From Candidatus Magasanikbacteria bacterium RIFCSPHIGHO2_01_FULL_33_34 (lineage in GTDB: Bacteria; Patescibacteriota; Patescibacteriia; Magasanikbacterales; UBA922), in assembly GCA_001782825.1 (NCBI GenBank), contig MFPS01000007.1:20487-84486 (forward strand): 64,000 nt of DNA. Direction: 5' to 3'. Below, one piece after another: positions 56,055-64,000 of this stretch (its first letter is position 1; the number at the start of each line of letters is the position of its first letter). The notes under the pieces are model-generated. The model worked only from the letters and a program-made list of their open reading frames with translations. It had not been told where the DNA came from and did no database searches. The position numbers were made by a program, and so were the translations under genes.

Positions 56055-57863
56055 CTATCTTTTAATAGTAGTCTTTTCTTTCAATGTCTTTATTAATTCT
56101 GGATCCGTTTTATATTTCAAAGTACAATTGGCATTTATTTTTGCTACTTCAGGATTATTATCTAAATAATTAAAAAGTTCCTTGATAGAATATTCTTCAC
56201 CAGTCTGTTGAAAATATTCTTCTATTTTTTTAAACATTTCTAAATCTTCTGGATAATCTAAAGTCAAACGATAACCACGTATCAAATCCTTTGGCAAATC
56301 TACAAAATTTAATTTGAAATAATCAGGATTATTCCAAAAATAATATGACATATATTCAGAATAATCTGCGCTTGGAAAATACTTTTTTATTTTCCGCATA
56401 GCCCTTACATTCATTATTTCCAAATTAGCCCCAATAGCTGCTTCACGAGCATTTGTATAATCAGCTCCAGTTTCAAAATGAGATTTCAACAAAATTTGTG
56501 CAATATCATTTGAGATATACTGCATATCCCCTGTCACTCTCACCACCACATCAATTCCTCTTTTTTCAGCAACACCCAAATAACGCTCAATTACATCATC
56601 TGGATGTCCTTTATGAAAAATAACTTCATCAGAATAAGTATACTTTTCTAAAATAGCATCTTCATCTTCAGTTGAAGTTGCTAAAATTACCTCATCAACA
56701 TTTTCAAATTGCAAAGTATGCTTAATACATAGCTCAATTGAAGATATGTCCCCAATTGGTAAAATTGCCTTTTTAGGTAAGCGAGTTGATTTCATACGAC
56801 AAGCAATAATAGTAGCAATTTTTGCTTTTCTAAAATCCCTCTCTTCAAACCCTTCATTCTCTTGCTTATTTTTATCCAAAATACAAAAACTTCTTACCAA
56901 CTCCTCAATTTTATCAATAGTTATTCCAGTTGCAGGAGAACGCTTGAATGATAAATCATCTTGTAAAGATAAAAGTTGACCAGCTTCTAGATTGTGACCC
57001 GCTAAAGGTTTTTGTTTTGATTTATACAAATATTCTTTTTCATTTTCATTTACAAAAGGAATACTTGGCAAAAGCAAAGTTTTTTCTTTTTCATTTAAAA
57101 AAGTTTCCAAATTATTATTCTCTTTTAATAACTCTATGTATTTTCTATACATATCAATCTTAATACTAGATTGAAAATCATATTTTGTTTCTAGACTTGA
57201 ATGTCTAATATGCTTTTCTATAATATCTGCGCCAAAAAGAACCGCAACTACCGGCAAACGAATTGATTCTTCATCATTTGGATCCAAATGTTCTGTAAAA
57301 GAAATTCTATAATTTAATTTGTCTTTTATAATTTTTATTTTGTTCAATCCTGAATCTTCTAATTTAGTTGGATAACCTTGAAAACCGACCTGCACTATTA
57401 ATTCTTGAGGTTTTAATTCATTTTTTATTCTTTCAGCATAGTTTCTTATGTCCTCTATTCTATGACCAGCCACATTTACTACAACTTTTAATCTACTCAA
57501 ATCTAATTTAGACAAAGCAGTAAATAATTTTCTATTATCCAAGACTGATGTCTGAAACTTTAATCCATAAATATCTGACAAATTATCTTTTATAACTTCA
57601 ACTGAATAAATATCAAAAACATCAATCCAAATATCTTTTGTTTTTTTAGCCTCAATAAAAACCTCTTTCCATTCATCAAGTGTAAAAAATAATTCTTCAT
57701 ATACTGGATACCACTCAAAATCTTTTGTAGCAATTTCATCATACTTAAATGGCTGAAACTTCATACCAAAATTACCTTCAAATTCTGAAAATTCATTGAT
57801 CAAAGAAAGCAGATGCTCTTTGTCACCTCCATGAACATTTGCTAACTCCAAAATATTATACAT
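56055..57863 (-). CDS. Bifunctional nonulosonic-acid synthase (NeuB/PseI/SpsE-like) fused to acylneuraminate cytidylyltransferase (NeuA/SpsF-like)
   Basis: N-terminal TIM-barrel motifs (KFQPF, FTEHL, IEKHI) of the NeuB family. C-terminal CTP-transferase motifs (IIACRMKSTRLPKKA, VVRVTGD). Confidence 0.6.
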   Translation of the reverse strand: MYNILELANVHGGDKEHLLSLINEFSEFEGNFGMKFQPFKYDEIATKDFEWYPVYEELFFTLDEWKEVFIEAKKTKDIWIDVFDIYSVEVIKDNLSDIYGLKFQTSVLDNRKLFTALSKLDLSRLKVVVNVAGHRIEDIRNYAERIKNELKPQELIVQVGFQGYPTKLEDSGLNKIKIIKDKLNYRISFTEHLDPNDEESIRLPVVAVLFGADIIEKHIRHSSLETKYDFQSSIKIDMYRKYIELLKENNNLETFLNEKEKTLLLPSIPFVNENEKEYLYKSKQKPLAGHNLEAGQLLSLQDDLSFKRSPATGITIDKIEELVRSFCILDKNKQENEGFEERDFRKAKIATIIACRMKSTRLPKKAILPIGDISSIELCIKHTLQFENVDEVILATSTEDEDAILEKYTYSDEVIFHKGHPDDVIERYLGVAEKRGIDVVVRVTGDMQYISNDIAQILLKSHFETGADYTNAREAAIGANLEIMNVRAMRKIKKYFPSADYSEYMSYYFWNNPDYFKLNFVDLPKDLIRGYRLTLDYPEDLEMFKKIEEYFQQTGEEYSIKELFNYLDNNPEVAKINANCTLKYKTDPELIKTLKEKTTIKR

Positions 57864-57864
57864 A

Positions 57865-58503
57865 TTATTCTTCCTTATAAATTTTCAAAATGTATTTTTT
57901 ACCTTTATATTCAAAAAAAGCTGGATATTTTTCATTATCCACCACCCGCAACAAATTAAACTGTTCTGCTAAAGTCTTTTCTGTATCCAATTCACTATCT
58001 TCATCTGATCTTTTCTTATAAAAACTTTCCTCACCACTTTGTGGCTTACCATCAACACTTGGATATTTATCAACAAAGTCTAAAATCAGCTCATTTATTT
58101 TTTCACCCTGTTTTTGATGCAATTCTGATAAAAGTTCATGTCCTTCAAATTTAATTTGGTTTTGCATATAAATGTTACCTGCATCTACTGCGTCCACCGC
58201 CTCAAAAAGTGTATTAGTAATTTCTGATTTGCCTTCCAAAATAGACCATGTCATAGGCGACCAACCTTTACCATTTGGCAAATCACTAGAATGAACCACT
58301 AAACTAAGTTTACTAAGATCCCTAATTTCTTTTTTAATTATTTTTTCACAACTCAAAAAAAACGCCAACTCACCATTCTGTACCTCATCTATAGTGTGCA
58401 CCAAAAAAACCTCATGCCCTCTTTCTTCTAAAATATTTTTTAAATCTTTGGTATATTTATAAAACCAACTTTTTGGATTATCCATTAAAAGTGTAATCTT
58501 CAT
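57865..58503 (-). CDS. Formyltransferase-domain protein (sugar N-formyltransferase-like)
   Basis: HSSDLPNGKGWSPMTWSILEGKSEITNTLFEAVDAVDAGNI matches the Fmt-N HxSLLPxxRG...D signature. Confidence 0.6.
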   Translation of the reverse strand: MKITLLMDNPKSWFYKYTKDLKNILEERGHEVFLVHTIDEVQNGELAFFLSCEKIIKKEIRDLSKLSLVVHSSDLPNGKGWSPMTWSILEGKSEITNTLFEAVDAVDAGNIYMQNQIKFEGHELLSELHQKQGEKINELILDFVDKYPSVDGKPQSGEESFYKKRSDEDSELDTEKTLAEQFNLLRVVDNEKYPAFFEYKGKKYILKIYKEE

Positions 58504-58507
58504 AATA

Positions 58508-59269
58508 TTATTTTCTAAAAAAATCCATATTTTTTATATCATTTTCTAAATCCATTCCAACTTTAGGTGTCTCAAACACAAGAAATATATCTTTATCTTT
58601 TGCATATTTTTCTAGAATTTTATACACCCAAGAGACATCAAAATTAGCTTCGTACAAATTTCCATGTTCATCAATTGGATTATCAATACTGCAACCAGAA
58701 ATATGAAAATATTCTGGTTGTAAATCCTTCAAAGCTTCTTCAATACTATTTTTATAATCTAACTTATAATAAACACAAGCCTTTATAAATTTAGATATAT
58801 CTAAACATATCGGTTTTTGTTTATATATTTTTCTTAAATCATCCAAAGAGCCACCAAATTTTCTTAATTTACTATCAAACGGACTAACAATTGGCATACT
58901 CTCAATTAATATTCTAGGATCATCTATTTTTGCTAAATTTTCTTGAAATGATTCCCAATTATGTTCAACAGCTGGATGCACTATTATTCTCGGTGCATCA
59001 AAAAAATTACTCAATTCTATAGTCATATTCCAAGGTTTTTTCTGTTCTTCAGTAAGAAAAAAATTATGAAAACCTGCTTTGTCTAAATGACCAACATGAA
59101 CACCTTGGACTGACAGCTCTTTTAATTTGTTAAGTGCATCATAATCATGCTCAAACTCACTATTGCTATAAACTTCTGCAAAATCAAAATATCCTTTTTT
59201 ATATCTCTCAACGGCCTCATCAAAAAGATGCGTATTATTTGACCAAATTTTTAAACCATATTTTATCAT
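58508..59269 (-). CDS. Hypothetical protein, possible xylose-isomerase-like TIM barrel (sugar epimerase/isomerase)
   Basis: 253 aa; the alternating beta/alpha pattern and conserved His/Glu/Asp positions are suggestive only. Confidence 0.3.
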   Translation of the reverse strand: MIKYGLKIWSNNTHLFDEAVERYKKGYFDFAEVYSNSEFEHDYDALNKLKELSVQGVHVGHLDKAGFHNFFLTEEQKKPWNMTIELSNFFDAPRIIVHPAVEHNWESFQENLAKIDDPRILIESMPIVSPFDSKLRKFGGSLDDLRKIYKQKPICLDISKFIKACVYYKLDYKNSIEEALKDLQPEYFHISGCSIDNPIDEHGNLYEANFDVSWVYKILEKYAKDKDIFLVFETPKVGMDLENDIKNMDFFRK

Positions 59270-59363
59270 AAAAAATAAAAAACTAAGATTATTTACCTTA
59301 GTGTAGCAAAAAAAAATAAAAGATGCAAGATACTAAAAATAGAATTAATTTAAAATTTTTAGC

Positions 59364-60080
59364 TTATTTTAGCCAAAAATCTTTATTATTAAAATTATTC
59401 CATTTTAAAATAAATATACCTTTAGCAAAACGTAATAAAGTTTTCCAATTAGTGTTTGTAAAGCCACCTCTTCTCTGTTCCCATTTTATAGGAATTTCTA
59501 CTATTGGTACCCCATTCAAAAAACTCCAATACATTAATTCTACATCAAAAAACCCGTCATCGGATGGCATTTTAGGAATTTTATTCAAAACTTCTCTTGA
59601 AATAGCCTTTGGCGCAGCATTCAAATCAAGAGCTGGAATCTTGAGTATTGCCCTAACTAGCATATTATAAATAAAAGATATTCTCTCTCTTGTCTTACTT
59701 TCTCTATGTATTCTAGAGGCTTTTACCAATACACTACTATCCACTTGAGCATATTTAAATATTTTTATAACTTCAGAAACAGGCGCATATGAACCATTTG
59801 TATAGCATACATGTTCACCACATGCCTCCAATAACCCCTCTTTTATAGCAAAACCAAGACCACCTTTTTTAGTACGCACCTCCACAACATTGCTAATATC
59901 AGATCTATTTATAATCTTTTTTTCTTGATCTAATTTATTATCACCATTTATTACCAAAATTATCTCAAAACTATTTTCACCAAAAGCCTCTAATAAACCT
60001 TTGTGATGATCAAAAAGAACCTCTTCTATGTGGTCTTCTTTTGCAAGTAAAGGAATAACTAAACTAAATTTCTTTTCCAT
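59364..60080 (-). CDS. Family-2 glycosyltransferase (polyprenyl-phosphate sugar transferase-like)
   Basis: FSLVIPL start, DxD-like region and GT-A fold length (238 aa). Confidence 0.6.
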   Translation of the reverse strand: MEKKFSLVIPLLAKEDHIEEVLFDHHKGLLEAFGENSFEIILVINGDNKLDQEKKIINRSDISNVVEVRTKKGGLGFAIKEGLLEACGEHVCYTNGSYAPVSEVIKIFKYAQVDSSVLVKASRIHRESKTRERISFIYNMLVRAILKIPALDLNAAPKAISREVLNKIPKMPSDDGFFDVELMYWSFLNGVPIVEIPIKWEQRRGGFTNTNWKTLLRFAKGIFILKWNNFNNKDFWLK

Positions 60081-60131
60081 AACTACTATTCAAATTAAGT
60101 TATGTGATAATAGCATTATACATACAAAAAG

Positions 60132-61562
60132 TCAATCAGACAGATAACTTTTATCCTTTAGTTTTTTGTATAAAAAATTAAAGGAATAGGCAGTAAGTAT
60201 AAACATAAAAGGTTCAGTCGGTAATCTGTAACGGGCATTAGAAACAGGTCCAGTCAAACCTGCAAAAAAAGCAATCAAAGATAAAAAGAAAATAACAATA
60301 AATATTTTTTGTTTATCTTTTGATTTTATACTAATAAAAAAACTAAACAACAAAGACAGGCTGACTAAAAGCCATACAAAAGAACTCAAAATACTAGAAA
60401 TTATATAAGCATTACCAGTCTTCAAACCGTCAAAAATAAAAGTATTCAATTGTCTAAATTCTCCTTTTAAAATAAGACCACTTATATTTATTCCTTGAAA
60501 ATTGTTTGGATCAGGTGGATCTATTGCTGCAATATAATCACGGATACTATCACCCAGAAAAAAAGGCACAGTTTTGATTAAATGAAATATACTATACTCC
60601 CAAAAATTATCTTTTATATAGTTTAACCCTCTAGATTTTAATTCTTTAGTATTTTCTAATGATCTACGATTAAAATCTAGGTCATCCTTTGAATGTTGGA
60701 AAAAAAATTCAGTTGCTTCACGTAAACTAACATCATATTTATGAACATAAAAAAATGGTAAATGATTTTTCATCAAAACATACCCCGGCGTAGATGATAA
60801 AGTAAAAGTATTATATAATCTATAATTTCTATAAGACCAAGGAAATACCACAATAAAAAAACCAAACAAAAAAACAAATAAATAAATCACTGATAATCTT
60901 ATATTTTTGTTATTTTTCATATTATAAATAATATAAAAAATAACAAAAATTACCACAATATATTGTCCAACTGCTCTAGTTAAAGTCATCATACCCAAAA
61001 AGAGGCCAGTTATAAACCAAAGATAAATAGGTATTTTTTCTCTCTTTAGAGAATATAAAAATAAATAAACAGATAACAAAAGAAAAAATACAAAAAAAGT
61101 TTCAGATAAAACAAAAAAAGAATGATATATAGAACCAGGTTCAAATAGATAAAGTATAGCAGCAATCAAAGAAATGCGTTTATCAAAAAATAACAAACCT
61201 ATTTTATATATAATAACAACCGAAAAACCCAAAATAAATATCTGTATAAAAGTTATTGGATTTACACTACCAAACAAAAAAATTACAGAAGATAATATAA
61301 AAGGATAAGCCGGTGACCTAAAAGTCTCGTGTACAAGTTCACCTCTTGGATTTGGGTATATAAATTGTTTATACTCTAAAATATTTTCTGCTAAATCAAA
61401 ATATTCTTGAGAATCAGCGCTAGTAATTGGAAAATTTGTATTTTTTCCACCCAAAGCAAAAAAAATAATTAAAACCAAAACTGAAACCAAACAAGATGTA
61501 AAAAACAACAAAACCTCTACTCTATATTTTTTATATATATTTTTAACTACATTTTTGTCCAT
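60132..61562 (-). CDS. GT-C fold glycosyltransferase (ArnT/PMT family-39-like), polytopic
   Basis: ~11 TM; extracytoplasmic loop after TM1 with acidic residues; YxxxE/D-rich motif typical of lipid-linked sugar transferases. Confidence 0.5.
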   Translation of the reverse strand: MDKNVVKNIYKKYRVEVLLFFTSCLVSVLVLIIFFALGGKNTNFPITSADSQEYFDLAENILEYKQFIYPNPRGELVHETFRSPAYPFILSSVIFLFGSVNPITFIQIFILGFSVVIIYKIGLLFFDKRISLIAAILYLFEPGSIYHSFFVLSETFFVFFLLLSVYLFLYSLKREKIPIYLWFITGLFLGMMTLTRAVGQYIVVIFVIFYIIYNMKNNKNIRLSVIYLFVFLFGFFIVVFPWSYRNYRLYNTFTLSSTPGYVLMKNHLPFFYVHKYDVSLREATEFFFQHSKDDLDFNRRSLENTKELKSRGLNYIKDNFWEYSIFHLIKTVPFFLGDSIRDYIAAIDPPDPNNFQGINISGLILKGEFRQLNTFIFDGLKTGNAYIISSILSSFVWLLVSLSLLFSFFISIKSKDKQKIFIVIFFLSLIAFFAGLTGPVSNARYRLPTEPFMFILTAYSFNFLYKKLKDKSYLSD

Positions 61563-61645
61563 ATAACCATAAAAACATAATCATAGCATTTTAATACGAT
61601 ATATGCTATCATAATTTTGATTTTAATACTAATAAATAAAATAAA

Positions 61646-63244
61646 ATGTTTAAGGAAAAATTACCATCAAAATATAATATATTCCTAACCATAATTGGAA
61701 TATCCTTTTTTATTGGGATTTGGTATGCATTCCCTATGCTTGATGTTGTAGCAGATGAAAATTATTTTACAGGTAGCGTACTTCGGTCAATCCAAAATCA
61801 TACAATAATACCAGCTATGGGCGATGTGCCTTATGGAGTCATCACATACTTAGTCAATTATATTTTAATAGCTTTTTCTTTGATAGGTTTTCTTCTTTTT
61901 TTCAAATTTGATGTTTCTGCTTTAAAAGATTATCTAATCCAATCACCAGAATTTATATACATATTTCCTAGACTATTAAGTGCTATGCTAGGGATAGTAA
62001 TACTATTTACTCTAAATAATTTTTTAAAAAAGGAAGTAGAAGATATAAAATCTAAAATATTATTGTTGACTGTAACTTTTACAAACATGCTTACAGTTTT
62101 TATGTTGCACACAGGAAAAGTATGGATATTGAGTATGACATTCCTGACAATTTCCTTTTATTATTTATACAAAGCAATAGAATATAACCAAACACCAAAA
62201 TACAATATAAACAAATATATTTTTATAAGTATACTATGTAGCCTTCTTGCAACAATAAATTTTTCATTATTTGGTTTTTCACTAATAAATATATTAATTC
62301 TGTTATATTTATTTAGAAAAAACAAACAGATCCAAAAAAGTATAATAAAATATTCTTTTTTAGCAGGTCTTATTACAGCTATTTTCGCTTCTCTTACTTT
62401 TAAAGATATTACCAAATTGTTAGTAGATGTATTCACTTTTATGAATCCTGTGCTAGACAAAAATATAGTTGATACACGAATAAATTTAAGTATACCAGAA
62501 GAAATGTGGTTAAATATAAAAAAAATATTAGCCTTTTTCCCTATTCATATTATATTGATTTTACTATCAATAAAAAATAAAATTAAAAATAAAAAATTAT
62601 TTATACTCTCAATAATATATTTTATTGTATATTTTCTGTTTATTTCATCAATTGCAACCTGGCCAACAAAAATAGAGGCTTTTGCTAGATATATGTTCCC
62701 TTTTGGTTTTTTACTTACATTTATATTAATGTCCCTCAACATAAAATTTACAAAACTACATTATACACTTGGTGGAATATCAATAATATATTTTATTTTT
62801 GCAATGACATTTATTTCTATACCAACCAGCTACAATCTAACCAGAGATTGGATAATTGAAAATTTAAACCAAGACAAAACTATTGTAGTAAATAAAATCC
62901 ATGGTTTAGAATTACCTAAAAATAAAGATTCATATTATACATACCAAGACTATTATTGCGCTACAAAATGTAAAAATACCATAAAAAATAATATAAATAA
63001 TCATATAAAATATATAACCATAGACCTACACAGCAAAAAAGAAGACTATGAATCTTCTTACACTAACATATATTATATAACAAAAGAAAAATCTACTGAA
63101 TCAAATTTAAATTTAATAAAAAGCTTTGCAGAAGATGGGATAGATAATTTTGAATTAGACGGAAGAATGGGAAATTATTTTGATCTAGATTTTTTTAGAA
63201 TAAAAATGTTTGGTCCAGATATTTATATATACAAAAAAATTTAA
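61646..63244 (+). CDS. Polytopic membrane protein, probable GT-C-like glycosyltransferase
   Basis: 532 aa, >10 TM, loop composition similar to the neighbouring GT-C gene. Low specificity. Confidence 0.35.
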   Translation: MFKEKLPSKYNIFLTIIGISFFIGIWYAFPMLDVVADENYFTGSVLRSIQNHTIIPAMGDVPYGVITYLVNYILIAFSLIGFLLFFKFDVSALKDYLIQSPEFIYIFPRLLSAMLGIVILFTLNNFLKKEVEDIKSKILLLTVTFTNMLTVFMLHTGKVWILSMTFLTISFYYLYKAIEYNQTPKYNINKYIFISILCSLLATINFSLFGFSLINILILLYLFRKNKQIQKSIIKYSFLAGLITAIFASLTFKDITKLLVDVFTFMNPVLDKNIVDTRINLSIPEEMWLNIKKILAFFPIHIILILLSIKNKIKNKKLFILSIIYFIVYFLFISSIATWPTKIEAFARYMFPFGFLLTFILMSLNIKFTKLHYTLGGISIIYFIFAMTFISIPTSYNLTRDWIIENLNQDKTIVVNKIHGLELPKNKDSYYTYQDYYCATKCKNTIKNNINNHIKYITIDLHSKKEDYESSYTNIYYITKEKSTESNLNLIKSFAEDGIDNFELDGRMGNYFDLDFFRIKMFGPDIYIYKKI

Positions 63245-63246
63245 TC

Positions 63247-63813
63247 CTACAACTTAAAAATATCTGACTCTGGTTTATCCAGCCAACCATTAAAACTATT
63301 AGCATCTTTATCCCTATCAGAAATAATAGGATTTTTTATTGGCCAATTAATATCTAAAACGCTATCATTCCATAAAATATTAGATTCACCCTTTGGATTA
63401 TATGTAGTTGTATATTGATATTCAACTTCAGCAACATCACCCAATACACAGAAACCCGAAGCAAATCCTTCTGGCACATACATCAATGTTTTATTTTCTG
63501 CACTCATATCTTCTTTAACCCATTGACCAAGAGTTGGAGAATTTTTCCTAATATCAACAGCCACTACAAATGCATCCCCATTTATAATACGAATAAGCTT
63601 ACCTAATGGTTTATCATATTGAAAATGAAGACCCCGCAAAACACCAACACCAGATCGGCTATGATTTGTCTGCACAAAATTAAGATCTAATCCATTCTCT
63701 TTAAAAACATCTTTCCGAAAAACTTCCATAAAAAATCCGCGTTCATCACCTTTTACATCCGGTTGAATGATATACAATCCTTTTAGTTTTGTCTCCCTAA
63801 ACTCCATGCTCAT
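63247..63813 (-). CDS. rmlC: dTDP-4-dehydrorhamnose 3,5-epimerase
   Basis: RGLHFQ, cupin fold, 188 aa. Confidence 0.85.
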   Translation of the reverse strand: MSMEFRETKLKGLYIIQPDVKGDERGFFMEVFRKDVFKENGLDLNFVQTNHSRSGVGVLRGLHFQYDKPLGKLIRIINGDAFVVAVDIRKNSPTLGQWVKEDMSAENKTLMYVPEGFASGFCVLGDVAEVEYQYTTTYNPKGESNILWNDSVLDINWPIKNPIISDRDKDANSFNGWLDKPESDIFKL

Positions 63814-63816
63814 ATA

Positions 63817-64000
63817 TTAATACCATTTAGCTCTAGATTGCTTATCATAATGATCCTTAAACTCTTTTTTTTCTTTTATTTTTTTCCACCAATTTTGATT
63901 GTTTAAATACCATGAAACCACCTCACCCATATCTCTTTCCAAATTATAAGCTGGTTGCCAACCTAGTTTATTATATAATTTTTGACCATTAACTGCATAT
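63817..64000 (-). CDS. rmlB: dTDP-glucose 4,6-dehydratase, C-terminal part (start beyond window end)
   Basis: Minus-strand translation ...MGEVVSWYLNNQNWWKKIKEKKEFKDHYDKQSRAKWY* matches the RmlB C-terminus (WYxxNxxWW). Its stop lies 4 nt before the rmlC start. Confidence 0.65.
   Translation of the reverse strand, partial: YAVNGQKLYNKLGWQPAYNLERDMGEVVSWYLNNQNWWKKIKEKKEFKDHYDKQSRAKWY

Noticed and set aside
1-64000. CRISPR array / cas genes
   Set aside because: No regularly spaced direct repeats were seen. The GC palindromes and structured repeats are isolated, not arrayed.

Overview
This is an AT-rich window (roughly 30% GC by eye), densely packed with short genes, mostly on the minus strand. 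The truncated TsaB, small proteins and recurring textbook TTGACA-17-TATAAT promoters suggest a Patescibacteria/CPR-like bacterium; this is an inference. The first ~36 kb are housekeeping genes: recQ (partial), tspO, a tRNA cluster (Trp, Thr-GGU, Tyr, Thr-UGU) with rpmG, mscS, fpg/mutM, tpiA, an M16 peptidase, glyQS preceded by a clear T-box leader, dtd, frr, holB, mreB, tsaB, rplJ-rplL with leader/attenuator, tRNA-Glu, tsaD, prs and dnaE. The last ~28 kb form a cell-surface glycan/EPS island with horizontal-transfer signals (a GC-rich GT2 gene, an IS1595-like transposase, a tRNA-like gene). It contains a PgaC-like synthase overlapping a 1327-aa heparinase-II/III + CE4-deacetylase giant, GalE/Ugd, a VTC-DUF4956-CotH-CotH cluster, a fused NeuB-NeuA nonulosonic-acid enzyme, a formyltransferase, GT2/GT-C transferases and rmlC/rmlB. 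The non-coding highlights are listed in the findings. (1) A two-copy GC-rich structured repeat whose closing stems differ in sequence but stay perfectly complementary. (2) A 20-bp perfect palindrome that behaves like a mobile mini-insertion, with an empty site visible in one repeat copy. (3) A duplicated tRNA-Tyr 3' end. (4) A promoter/terminator-bounded candidate small RNA. (5) A GC-rich ~250-bp islet encoding a 61-aa CPYC protein. (6) A tRNA-adjacent trio of RadC-like JAB protein, atypical kinase and HEPN-like protein that may be an undescribed module. No CRISPR array and no rRNA are present.
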